Assembly: GCA_964520325.1 (NCBI GenBank)
Contig: CAZFOB010000005.1
Location: 20,661 to 84,660 of the forward strand
Reading direction: 5' to 3'
DNA: 64,000 nt
Source of the DNA: an uncultured Actinomycetes bacterium
GTDB lineage: Bacteria > Actinomycetota > JAICYB01
Under the pieces are notes generated by a model, which was not told the origin of the DNA, made no database searches, and saw nothing but the letters and a program-made list of their open reading frames with translations. The position numbers were made by a program, and so were the translations under genes. Within the stretch, counting starts at the first letter, position 1. Each line of letters opens with the position of its first letter. Shown here one piece after another: positions 47,603 through 57,349 of the stretch.

Positions 47603-50430
47603 GGTTTGGAGCGTACCGGCTTGCGTCGCCGCTTCGCCTTGGATGGCGCCGGACCCGACCGCTCGATCGCCTCCAGCTTCCCCCCGAGGTACGCCTCGAT
47701 GACTTTCGGATCGCTGCGCACATCGTTCGGCGATCCGGTTGCGATCACCCTTCCCGCGTCCATCACGATCATCCGGTCGGCAAGTTCCATGATCAGCGGA
47801 ATATCGTGCTCGATCACGAGCAGCGTCATCGCGTGCTCCTCCTTCAGGTCGACGAGCAGTTCGCCGAGGGCCTCGGTTTCGCGCTGCGCGATCCCGGACG
47901 ACGGTTCGTCCAGAAGCAACAGCTTCGGACGAAGCGCCACGATGCATGCGAGCTCGCAGATGCGGCGGGTCCCCGTCGATAGCTCCTGGATCGGCTTGTT
48001 GCGGTAGTCCCAGAGACCCATGGATCCCACGAGCTCACGCGCTATGTGTTCCCGCTTCTTGTCGCGGCCCCGGAATCCAACGATCGACCCCGCGAAGCTC
48101 GTCGGAACCTGGCGTTCGAGAGAAAGCTGCACGGTCTCGAGCACCGATAGCGTCGGGAAGAGCGCGACGTCTTGGAACGACCGGATCAGACCGAGCGATG
48201 CGCGGCCCTCGGCGGACCACGTCGTGATGTCGCGTCCGTCGAAGTGCACGGCGCCAGTGTCGGGGCGTACGAAGCCGGCGATCAGCTCGAACAGAGTCGT
48301 TTTCCCGGCGCCGTTCGGACCGATGAGCCCGAGTGTGGATCCCGTCGTAACGTCAAGCGACACGTCGTCGACCGCGACGAGGCCGCCGTAGGACTTTCTG
48401 ATGTCTGTGGCCCGAAGGATCGTGGTTTCGGGCGCCTTGCCGTCTACATCGATGCGCCGCATCCGGAGCGTCGCAGGAGCGGCTGCTGGAACCGCGTCCC
48501 CGGGGTCCGCATCTTCCAACGACGCCGCGGTCACACCGGCTCTGCGCCCGAGCCAAGAGATGACGCGGTCTCGAAGCGGCGCGACCAGCTGAACGATGCC
48601 GCCGGGGAAGTACAGGATCAGCAGCAACAGGCCGAACCGGGAAGCGACAAGCGCGATGGACTCGATCGGGATGAATGCCGGAACGCCTTGGACGAGCGCC
48701 ACCCCGAGCAACGGCCCGGCCAAGATCCCGATCCCGCCGACGACCGTGAAGACCACGGCGTCGATGCTGTACTGCGTCACGAAGTTCCCCGGACCGATCC
48801 CCGTGAAGGAATGCGCGTACGCCGCGCCGCCGACGCCGGCGATGAACCCGGCAAGAAGGAACCCCTGGAGCTTGATCGAGTTCACGCGAAGCGCGAACGC
48901 CCGCGCAGCGTCCTCGTTGTCCCGGACCGCGAGGAGCAACCGTCCGAACCCCGTCCGGCGGACGTTGCGAGCGATCAAGTAGAGACACACGAAGACGAAC
49001 AGCGCGAAGTAGTAGTACGAACGACCCGTATCGAGCGGACGGCCGGCGATGGAGATCGGACGGGGAACGACCCCGCCCCCGAGCGCCCATGTCTGCTTGA
49101 GCGCCCACGCCGACATGGCGACGGTGAACCCGAGCGTAGAAACCGCGAGGAAGAGCCCCCGGATCCGCAGAGAGGGAAGGCCGATCAGGGCCGCGACGAA
49201 CGCGGCCGCCAGCCCGCCCACCAGGATCGACACCGGACTGCCGCCCGTTCTCGAACCAAAGACGTACGAGGCGGTGGCCCCGACAGCGGCGAGAGCGAAC
49301 TGTCCCAGGGTGAGCTGACCACCGAGTCCGGTGACGATGCCCACCGAAAGCGCAATCATCACGGACCCGAGCAGTCCAGTAAGCGTCGTGGCGGTCACGT
49401 TCGACAGGAAGAGCGGGGCAACGAACAGCGCAACCAGACCGCCTCCGCCGAGGATCCAGCCGAGGTTGCGGATCGTCCAGACCTGTGCGAGCTCCTCCGG
49501 CAGCGCTCGCCACGGCTGCACTGCGGCCCACGCGCTTCCCTTCTCCTCTTCGCGCGACCCCTCACGCGATTGGATCAAGAGCGCGAGGAGGATGATCACG
49601 AACAGCGCGAGCTCGGTGATACCCCCGGAGCGGAAGTTGCGCAGCAGCACGCCCTCGATCACCCCGAGCCCGATCCCGGCTGACATCGCGATCGGGATGC
49701 TGGTCATCCGCGCGACGATCGCTCCGGCGAGGCCACGCATCAACAGCGAAGGCCCGAACGAAGCACCTGCGAGAAGACCCCCGGGGATGTTCGGTGCCAC
49801 GAGGACCGCGGTGAACGTCGACAACGCACCGCCGATCGCCCACGCAAGCGTGGACATGCGCGACGCATACACACCCGCCATGCGCGCGGCTTCGGGGTTC
49901 GCGGCAGCGCTTCGCAGGCCAAGGCCGAACCGGCTCCGCTTCAAGAAGATCGTGAGCCCACCGACGACAACAGGTGCGAAGATGAGCATCCCCGTCGCGG
50001 CGGGGTTCACGATCAGCGTGCCAACGTCGAAGCGCGGAAGGCCCGGTGGCGAAGGGAAGAACAGGCCCTGACTCGTCGCAGTGGTGGTCTGCAGCGTCAG
50101 GACGAAGAGCAGCTGACCCAGCCCGAGGGTCGCGACAACGCTCATGAGTCGCGGTGCGTTCCTCAGTCGGCGGATCACCGCGACCTCGGCCGCGGCGGCG
50201 ATCGCGGCGCCGAATCCGAGCGCGAGCGGCAGGGCGACGTAGTAGGGAAGACCGGCGCGGATGACGGCGAGCGCGAACATCGACGCGCCGAGCGCACCGA
50301 TCTCGCCGTGCGCGAAGTTGATGACGCGGTTCGACCGGTAGACGATCACCATCCCGGTGCTCAGCAGGCCATAGCCCAGCCCGGTGATGACCCCGAGAAC
50401 GACGACGGACGCCGGCAGCTCGAATGTCAT
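47599..50430 (-). CDS. Branched-chain-amino-acid-type ABC importer, LivH-LivM-LivG triple fusion (two permease domains + NBD)
   Basis: LivH-like N-terminus (..VINFAHGEIGALGA..), LivM-like middle (..GLGGQLTLGQFALAAVGA..), and a LivG-like NBD (GPNGAGKTT, LSTGTRR, LLLLDEPSSG). 943 aa in one frame. Confidence 0.85.
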   Translation of the reverse strand: MTFELPASVVVLGVITGLGYGLLSTGMVIVYRSNRVINFAHGEIGALGASMFALAVIRAGLPYYVALPLALGFGAAIAAAAEVAVIRRLRNAPRLMSVVATLGLGQLLFVLTLQTTTATSQGLFFPSPPGLPRFDVGTLIVNPAATGMLIFAPVVVGGLTIFLKRSRFGLGLRSAAANPEAARMAGVYASRMSTLAWAIGGALSTFTAVLVAPNIPGGLLAGASFGPSLLMRGLAGAIVARMTSIPIAMSAGIGLGVIEGVLLRNFRSGGITELALFVIILLALLIQSREGSREEEKGSAWAAVQPWRALPEELAQVWTIRNLGWILGGGGLVALFVAPLFLSNVTATTLTGLLGSVMIALSVGIVTGLGGQLTLGQFALAAVGATASYVFGSRTGGSPVSILVGGLAAAFVAALIGLPSLRIRGLFLAVSTLGFTVAMSAWALKQTWALGGGVVPRPISIAGRPLDTGRSYYYFALFVFVCLYLIARNVRRTGFGRLLLAVRDNEDAARAFALRVNSIKLQGFLLAGFIAGVGGAAYAHSFTGIGPGNFVTQYSIDAVVFTVVGGIGILAGPLLGVALVQGVPAFIPIESIALVASRFGLLLLILYFPGGIVQLVAPLRDRVISWLGRRAGVTAASLEDADPGDAVPAAAPATLRMRRIDVDGKAPETTILRATDIRKSYGGLVAVDDVSLDVTTGSTLGLIGPNGAGKTTLFELIAGFVRPDTGAVHFDGRDITTWSAEGRASLGLIRSFQDVALFPTLSVLETVQLSLERQVPTSFAGSIVGFRGRDKKREHIARELVGSMGLWDYRNKPIQELSTGTRRICELACIVALRPKLLLLDEPSSGIAQRETEALGELLVDLKEEHAMTLLVIEHDIPLIMELADRMIVMDAGRVIATGSPNDVRSDPKVIEAYLGGKLEAIERSGPAPSKAKRRRKPVRSKP

Positions 50431-52703
50431 CGCACCGTGCGCTTCTTGGCCCCGGCGGCCGCCGGCTTGGTTCGGCGGGTCGTTCTCGCCGAGGCGCCCT
50501 GCAAGAACACGGCGCGCAGAAGATCGTCGCGCTTCAGGAGGTCCTTACTGTTCCCGTCGAAGCGGATCTCGCCCTTCTCCATGAAGTACGCGTGCTCGAC
50601 GAGGTTCAATGCGATGTTCACGGACTGTTCGACGAGGACGACGGCCGTTCCGTCCAGATTGATCGCCTTCACCATGTCCAGCAATTGGCTGACGATCACC
50701 GGAGCCAGACCGAGCGACAACTCGTCGATGAGCAGGAGCTTCGGCCGTAGCATCAACGCCTTCGCCAAGCCGAGCATCTGCTGCTCCCCGCCGGACAGCG
50801 TGCTCGCTCGCTGGTCCTTGCGTTCAAGCAGCCGGGGAAACGCTTCGAAGCTCGTCTCGATCGCCGCGTCCACGACCTTGCGGTTGCGCCCGATCGAGTA
50901 CCCGAACACGCGGAGGTTCTCGACGACGTTCATCGGCCCAAACACGGCGCGTCCACCCGGGATCTGGGTGATCCCGAGACGCAAACGACGCTCCGCGTCC
51001 AGATACGTGATGTCCGCTCCCCGGAACCGCACACTCCCCGCAGACGGGAGCCCTATCCCCGAGGTGACCTTCAGGAGCGTGGACTTCCCAGCGCCGTTCG
51101 TCCCCAGTAGGGCAACCATCTCGCCGTCGTCGACGGTGAAGTCCACTCCGAAAAGCACCTGGACATGGCCATACGAGAAATCGATCTTGCGGCACGCCAA
51201 CATCGGAAGACGACCGCCCCGCGACGTGATCTGGCGCAGCTCCTCGTCCTCGAGCGTCTCGTCGATCATCCGGTCGAGGTCCTTGGGAACGAGCACCGCC
51301 GTCGATCTGAGGATCAGCGCCCCGACGATGCCGGGAACCGATAACGAGACGATCGTTCCGACGATCCCGTACTGACTGTCGACGCTGCCCAGCAGCAGCG
51401 CTCCGGCGAATCCACCGACACCGACGGCGATGCCGATCAGTGCCGAAGCATGAGGCCGCATCCCGGACGGGATCACCGACAACAGTGCGATGGCCAACGA
51501 CGGTGCGAGGATCGCCAGCAAGCCCGAGGCAACGGCGAACGCCGCCACCACCAACCCAAGGTGAGGCGCGATCGCGGCGAGGCAGATGAACACCACCGCG
51601 ATCGCGATGAGCCACGCGCCGACCTCGACCACTCGCGCCGGGTCCTTGCGATACATCGCTTCCCCGCGGCGGCCGTAGGCGGCCAGGGACGCGATCGCCA
51701 CGGCCGACAGGAACGCAGTGAAGATGCCGCGCGCACCGGGTCCGAGGTTCCATTCCTCATCCAAGAAGAACGCGACGAAGGTCTGATACGGGATCAGGAA
51801 CACACCGAAGGCCATCTCGACCGCGAGCAACCGGCGGATCGTCGGGATCAGCAACAGGCGTCGGACGATCTCGAAGAATCCCAGGGTCACGTCGGCCTCG
51901 TCGAGACCGGCGTCGGCGAGTTGGGCGACGCCGGTTTCCTTCTCACGGACGGTCGCGCGGATCTGCTCGGTGTCCCACCGTCCGAACCCCGGGTCGCGAA
52001 GCCTGATCGCGGACAACGAGGCGACGAGCGACATGCAACCGAGCGCGACGAAGGTGCCACGCCATGTGAAGCCGATCGCCGTCACGAACAACGCGATGAG
52101 CAATGGTGCCGCAACGTTGCCGAAGTTGTTCGCTGCGATGTAGTAGCTCAGCGCGCGTACGCGGCCCTCCGGTGGATAGGCGTCGAGGAGGACGGGGCCG
52201 TGCAACGCCGTAACGCTGGCGGTCGAGATCCCGTCCAGGATCAGAACGAGCGCAAGACCGGAGAGCGCGGTAACGAAGCCAGCCGTGATGGCGACGATAC
52301 TCCACGCGATCCCGGTGATCACGATGATCAGCGCGCGCCGAGCTTTCTGCGCCGTGAGGGCGGCGACCGGAAGCGGCCCGAGCGCGGAGGCGAGCGTCTT
52401 GATCGCGATGACGCCCGCGATCGCGCCCTTGCTCACCCCGAGCGTCGCGCTGATCTCGGGCGCGAGGACGCCGAACGCGTAGCCCAAGAACGTATCGACG
52501 ATCGAAAGGGTCCCCAGCGCGACGAGCGGGTACGCACTGATGTTGTGAGACCGGAGCACCTTGCGCAGCGAAGGCGCGTTTTCGTCGGTGCCGGTGACGC
52601 CGAGCCGGACGCGCGCCTCAGACCGAAGTTGCTCGCGCGTGGACTCAACACGCTCGATCAACTCGTCGGGTGCGGCCTTCTTGCGGCGAACGACCTTCGC
52701 CAT
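50427..52703 (-). CDS. MFS-like polytopic domain fused to a LivF-type ABC ATPase
   Basis: The N-terminal ~500 aa have about 12 hydrophobic helices with an MFS look. The C-terminus has GTNGAGKST, LSGGEQQM, LLLIDELSLGL and VLVEQS. ATGA overlap with the LivHMG start. Confidence 0.8.
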   Translation of the reverse strand: MAKVVRRKKAAPDELIERVESTREQLRSEARVRLGVTGTDENAPSLRKVLRSHNISAYPLVALGTLSIVDTFLGYAFGVLAPEISATLGVSKGAIAGVIAIKTLASALGPLPVAALTAQKARRALIIVITGIAWSIVAITAGFVTALSGLALVLILDGISTASVTALHGPVLLDAYPPEGRVRALSYYIAANNFGNVAAPLLIALFVTAIGFTWRGTFVALGCMSLVASLSAIRLRDPGFGRWDTEQIRATVREKETGVAQLADAGLDEADVTLGFFEIVRRLLLIPTIRRLLAVEMAFGVFLIPYQTFVAFFLDEEWNLGPGARGIFTAFLSAVAIASLAAYGRRGEAMYRKDPARVVEVGAWLIAIAVVFICLAAIAPHLGLVVAAFAVASGLLAILAPSLAIALLSVIPSGMRPHASALIGIAVGVGGFAGALLLGSVDSQYGIVGTIVSLSVPGIVGALILRSTAVLVPKDLDRMIDETLEDEELRQITSRGGRLPMLACRKIDFSYGHVQVLFGVDFTVDDGEMVALLGTNGAGKSTLLKVTSGIGLPSAGSVRFRGADITYLDAERRLRLGITQIPGGRAVFGPMNVVENLRVFGYSIGRNRKVVDAAIETSFEAFPRLLERKDQRASTLSGGEQQMLGLAKALMLRPKLLLIDELSLGLAPVIVSQLLDMVKAINLDGTAVVLVEQSVNIALNLVEHAYFMEKGEIRFDGNSKDLLKRDDLLRAVFLQGASARTTRRTKPAAAGAKKRTVR

Positions 52704-53212
52704 CAGCCCGTCCTTCCTGTTCCAACTTCGAACTGGACGGTGAAGGCGCTTTCGCCGATGCGCTCACCGCGTCCGTTCAGCAACACGATCGTCACCTCGT
52801 GGAAGTTCCTTCGCTTCGCCGCGTTCCCCGACGGCACAGGGAGCCGCTCGATCTCGAAGGTCGTCTCGTTCGTCGAGAAGACGTTCAGGCCCGCGAGGTA
52901 AGACTCGTCGGGACACGGCGGCTGACACTTGGGGTCGTTGCGGACGAGCCACTCCTGCGTGAGTCCGGGCGGCTGCGGTGCTCGGTCGACGTAGACACCG
53001 AAGTACCCGGCGCCGCTGCTCACCTCGCCATCGCGTCCTGTGACCTCGAACCTCTCCACGTCCCATGCGACGGTGAGCGGAAGACGGACCGCTTCGCGAT
53101 CATCGGGAGCGATGATCTCGACCCGTTCGTCGGCGACGAAGTTGAGTCCGGAGACACCGCACGCCGAGAGCAGGCTCAACAGGACGAGGAGCGCGACCCG
53201 AAAGCGGGTCAC
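52703..53212 (-). CDS. Lipoprotein, apparent His-less relative of the DUF4399-like protein at 5076-5483
   Basis: Lipobox LLSAC. It shares VADER..I..P.D.. near the N-terminus, a G.....VD block and a ..V.FEVG C-terminus with the 5076-5483 product (by-eye alignment). The GTG start overlaps the upstream stop (GTGA). Confidence 0.55.
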   Translation of the reverse strand: MTRFRVALLVLLSLLSACGVSGLNFVADERVEIIAPDDREAVRLPLTVAWDVERFEVTGRDGEVSSGAGYFGVYVDRAPQPPGLTQEWLVRNDPKCQPPCPDESYLAGLNVFSTNETTFEIERLPVPSGNAAKRRNFHEVTIVLLNGRGERIGESAFTVQFEVGTGRTG

Positions 53213-54852
53213 ACGGGGAGCACGCCAGTGCTGGGCTTGAAGCAGCTACAAGCATCGACCCAGCTGCCGATCTGGATCGCGGCGACCCCGTCGTGGCGGT
53301 CCGCCTTCGTCTGCATCCGGTACGTGCCCGCCGACGGGATGACCGGCACGTTGGCGACACCTTGCAACCACGTCTCGGGCGTCAGCTTCGGTCCGGCGGC
53401 CTTCGTCGCGGCGAGGTAGTACGCTCCGGTGTCGCAATAGCCCGGTATCTGCGCGAGCTTGTTGGAGCCCTCGTCGCCGCTGAACGACTCCCCGGCTTTC
53501 TCGAAGAGCGCTCGGCATTTCTTGAACGTTGGCGTTTCGATGCCGAACCCCTTGGGATCCCACGCGACGAGCATCGAATCCTTGAACTGCGGATAGCTCG
53601 CCGGTCCGAGGAAGTCGCGGACAAGCTCGGGGTGATCGTGCGGGTTGAATCCCAAGCGGGGCCTGTACTGCTGCTTCTCGGCGCCGTCGACGAAGAAGAG
53701 CGTGATCCGGACACCAGCCGACGAGCCGAGGAAGAGCATGTGCGTGCACGGTCCCCCCGGCCGGCTCTTGCAGTTCTGGATCGCGGCGTTGACCTCAGTG
53801 GCGTCGTCGAGCTGTTCCTGCACGTTGTCGGCGCTGTACGAGACCTTGAATTCACATCCGCTGCATAGCGATAGTCCGTTCGCGGCGAGGCGTTTCTTCA
53901 TCGCTGCGGCGGCCGCATCGTACGAAGGCTGGTCGTAGCGGATCAGCCCGATCCGCGGCTTGTTGTCCGACGGCTTGGATGGAGAGTACGGAGGTGTGTT
54001 CTCTTTGAACTCCTTAAAGAAGCGCTGCTTCACGAGCTGGTCGACTTGGAACTCGGCCATGCGGTCGAGAGCTGCGTCGGACGGCGTGATGAAGTAGGGG
54101 AAGTCCTTGTAGGTCTTGACGTACGACAAGCCCCCGCTGGCACCGATCTGAGGGATCTTCGCCTTGGTGAAGCACGCCTGCAACGAGTCGCCGCCCGATG
54201 TCCAGGCCATGTCCACCTTGTCGTCTTGCGTGAACTTGGCGCACACCTCCTGATCGATGCGCTCGGCCCCCTTCGAGGTCACGTCGTCGGTGGTGAACGA
54301 GTAGTAGACGGGAACGACCTTTCGGCCGTAGACCTTGTTCCGGTTGACCTCGGCGATGATCGTGTCCCACGCGCGCTTCTGGTCGACCTGCCCGATGCCC
54401 CCGAACCCGGCGGCAGCGTTGGCCGTGCCCGGGTCCGCGAGGTATGTAACACCGACCTTGACGGTCTCGCCGGGCGCAACCGCAACGCTTCCCGGACCGG
54501 GCGCTTGGCTCGGGCCCGTCACGGCACCGGTGCTCGCCCCTCCTCCGGCGCTGCCGCCGGCGCCACCGCCGCCCTTGACGTCGATCGGACTGAGCGTCGG
54601 AACTGCGGAACCGTCCGCGGAGGTGCCGTCCTCGGTGAGCGCCCCGTCCTGCGAAGCGATTGTGTTGGCATCGGTCGAGCTCGGGCTTTGGAGAAGGAGG
54701 GCGAGCAAGGCGACGGCGAGAACGATCGATGCCGCTGTGAGCTGAGTGGCCCGGTCGCCGAGGCGCACGCGCGAGCGGTAGTCGCGGATCCTCTCTTGAA
54801 GTTCGCTCAATGCGGCTCCCCCTAAAACGTTCAAGTCGAAGGCTAGCCGCAA
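53209..54852 (-). CDS. Membrane-anchored, Cys-rich putative substrate-binding protein (divergent type 1 PBP)
   Basis: N-terminal TM segment (AASIVLAVALLALLL), a Gly-rich linker, then ..VKVGVTYLADPG..NRNKVYGRKVVPVYYSF.. reminiscent of Liv-type SBPs. It sits at the head of the Liv-like operon. The start is uncertain. Confidence 0.5.
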   Translation of the reverse strand: MRLAFDLNVLGGAALSELQERIRDYRSRVRLGDRATQLTAASIVLAVALLALLLQSPSSTDANTIASQDGALTEDGTSADGSAVPTLSPIDVKGGGGAGGSAGGGASTGAVTGPSQAPGPGSVAVAPGETVKVGVTYLADPGTANAAAGFGGIGQVDQKRAWDTIIAEVNRNKVYGRKVVPVYYSFTTDDVTSKGAERIDQEVCAKFTQDDKVDMAWTSGGDSLQACFTKAKIPQIGASGGLSYVKTYKDFPYFITPSDAALDRMAEFQVDQLVKQRFFKEFKENTPPYSPSKPSDNKPRIGLIRYDQPSYDAAAAAMKKRLAANGLSLCSGCEFKVSYSADNVQEQLDDATEVNAAIQNCKSRPGGPCTHMLFLGSSAGVRITLFFVDGAEKQQYRPRLGFNPHDHPELVRDFLGPASYPQFKDSMLVAWDPKGFGIETPTFKKCRALFEKAGESFSGDEGSNKLAQIPGYCDTGAYYLAATKAAGPKLTPETWLQGVANVPVIPSAGTYRMQTKADRHDGVAAIQIGSWVDACSCFKPSTGVLPV

Positions 54853-54969
54853 GCGTAGCTGAGCGTGGACGACCGGCGTTGGTGCGCCCGGCTCAAAGCG
54901 CAGGTCAGACCTTGTGCAGTTGAACAGCCTGCGCCCGCTGTGCCCACCGTTCCCGTCGGGCCGCTTGGG

Positions 54970-55703
54970 TCAGCGGCGCCTCGTGGCCGTCCGGTAGCTG
55001 ATCGCCAGGCCCGCAGCGCACCACGCGGCCACAACGAGAAACGCCAGCCCCGGACGGGAGACGTTCCCGCCCGTCAGGCCGTGGCGCACGAGATCGGCCA
55101 TGTACTTCACCGGGAGGACCTGATGGACGACGCGCAGCGCCCCGGGCAGCCTCTCGAGTGGGAAGTTGATCGGCGAGAAGAGCAGGATCCCGATCGAGAT
55201 GAACGACGAGAGCTGCTGAGCGACTTGCGGCGCGAGCAGCATCGCCAGGGCGTATCCCACGCACGCTGCGGTGAGAGCGACGAACAAGATCGCCGGGACG
55301 ATCGTCCAGCCGATGTGAAGCGAGATGTCGAAACGCAACGACGCGACGACGAGAGCAAGGGCCGTCCCCGGGAGTTGTGCGAACAGCCAGAACGTGACGT
55401 CTGATGCGAGCGTGGCCAGGCGAGGGATCGGCAGCGACGAGAGATACTCGAACCGCCCGGTGACCTTTCCCTGGCTCACCTCTTGCGGCACGATCGACAG
55501 GCCCATCACGAGGAGAGACATCGTCGGTGCGCCGGTCGCGAGGAACAACGCCGTGCGCTGATCGATGTTCGGGATCAGGAAGGACAGGCCGTAGACGATC
55601 CCGAGCGCGAGCGCGACTTGGATGATGACGATGACCGGCAAGGATCGCTTGAACCGGTGGTACTGCCAGACGAGAAGGAGCCGGTACGCGCGCAGCGCTT
55701 GAC

Positions 55704-55707
<4 letters not shown>
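54970..55707 (-). CDS. ABC-2-type transporter permease
   Basis: Six TM helices. GTG 55707 overlaps the ATPase stop (GTGA). N-terminus VSQALRAYRLLLVWQYHRFKRS. Confidence 0.8.
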
Positions 55708-56653
<946 letters not shown>

Positions 56654-56657
<4 letters not shown>

Positions 56658-57256
56658 GCTTCGCCGTGTGGCCGGTACAGGGCCAGCAGCCCGTGATACT
56701 CCTGCTTGCCCTCACCCGGCTTGTTCGCGGAGAAGGCCTCCATCAACTCGATGAAGCGGCGCTGGACGTCCAGTACCTCATCGGGCGACAAGTGCCAGCC
56801 TGTAAACGTCAAGACCGGCACAGCGCTGGATGGATCCCCGATCGGTTTGCCCTCGGTCGCGCGCAGAGCGATCGCGAGCTCGGCAGCAACCACATCGAGC
56901 ATCGCCTTGACCACACCGCTTTCGACGAGTACCCCGGCAAGCAGCAACGAAGGGTCGATCGTCCATCCGTGAGCCGTCGCCTGATAGCTGCGTTCCTCGA
57001 TCCCCGACACCATCCGCGTGCCAACAACGCGAAGAAGCCCGTGCTTCTCGAGGATCTTCACGTGGTAGTAGAGCCGTGTTGGTGGCACAGCGAGGGACGC
57101 GGCCACCTCCTTCACGGTATGGGGGCCGTCCCGCATCTCCATGAACAGCCGCACGCGCAGAGGGTCCGCCACGGCCTTGAGCGTCTCGACGTCCTTGATG
57201 AGGAACTGGTCTTTCGACAGCTCCTCGATCGACGGTCTCGCGCCTTCGTTCGTCAT
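56654..57256 (-). CDS. ArsR-like winged-helix transcriptional regulator with C-terminal extension
   Basis: ..LKAVADPLRVRLFMEMRDGPHTVKEVAASLAVPPTRLYYHVKILEKHGLL... Its stop overlaps the ATPase start (ATGA). Confidence 0.75.
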
Positions 57257-57349
57257 TCTCTTTCAAGCATACTTGATTGTTCACTTGACATCAATGTTCA
57301 ATTAAACTTGAATGAAATTCTGCCAGCGATCCCACAGGGGAGAAGAGAC
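57257..57349. promoter_or_regulatory. AT-rich divergent promoter/operator region with repeated ACTTGA / TGTTCA half-sites and three short palindromes
   Basis: ACTTGA at 57271, 57283 and 57306. TGTTCA at 57278 and 57295. CAAG-CATA-CTTG at 57264-75, TTGA-CA-TCAA at 57285-94 and TTCAA-N6-TTGAA at 57297-312. TTGACA at 57285-90. Confidence 0.45.

Noticed and set aside
54853-54969. Small gene or terminator in the 117-bp spacer between the ABC-2 permease stop and the SBP-like gene start
   Set aside because: Only a weak 7-bp stem with a 23-nt loop (GCGCAGG...CCTGCGC) is present, with no T-tract and no ORF with coding-like bias. It probably holds the promoter of the Liv-like operon, but I could not pick out -35/-10 elements.
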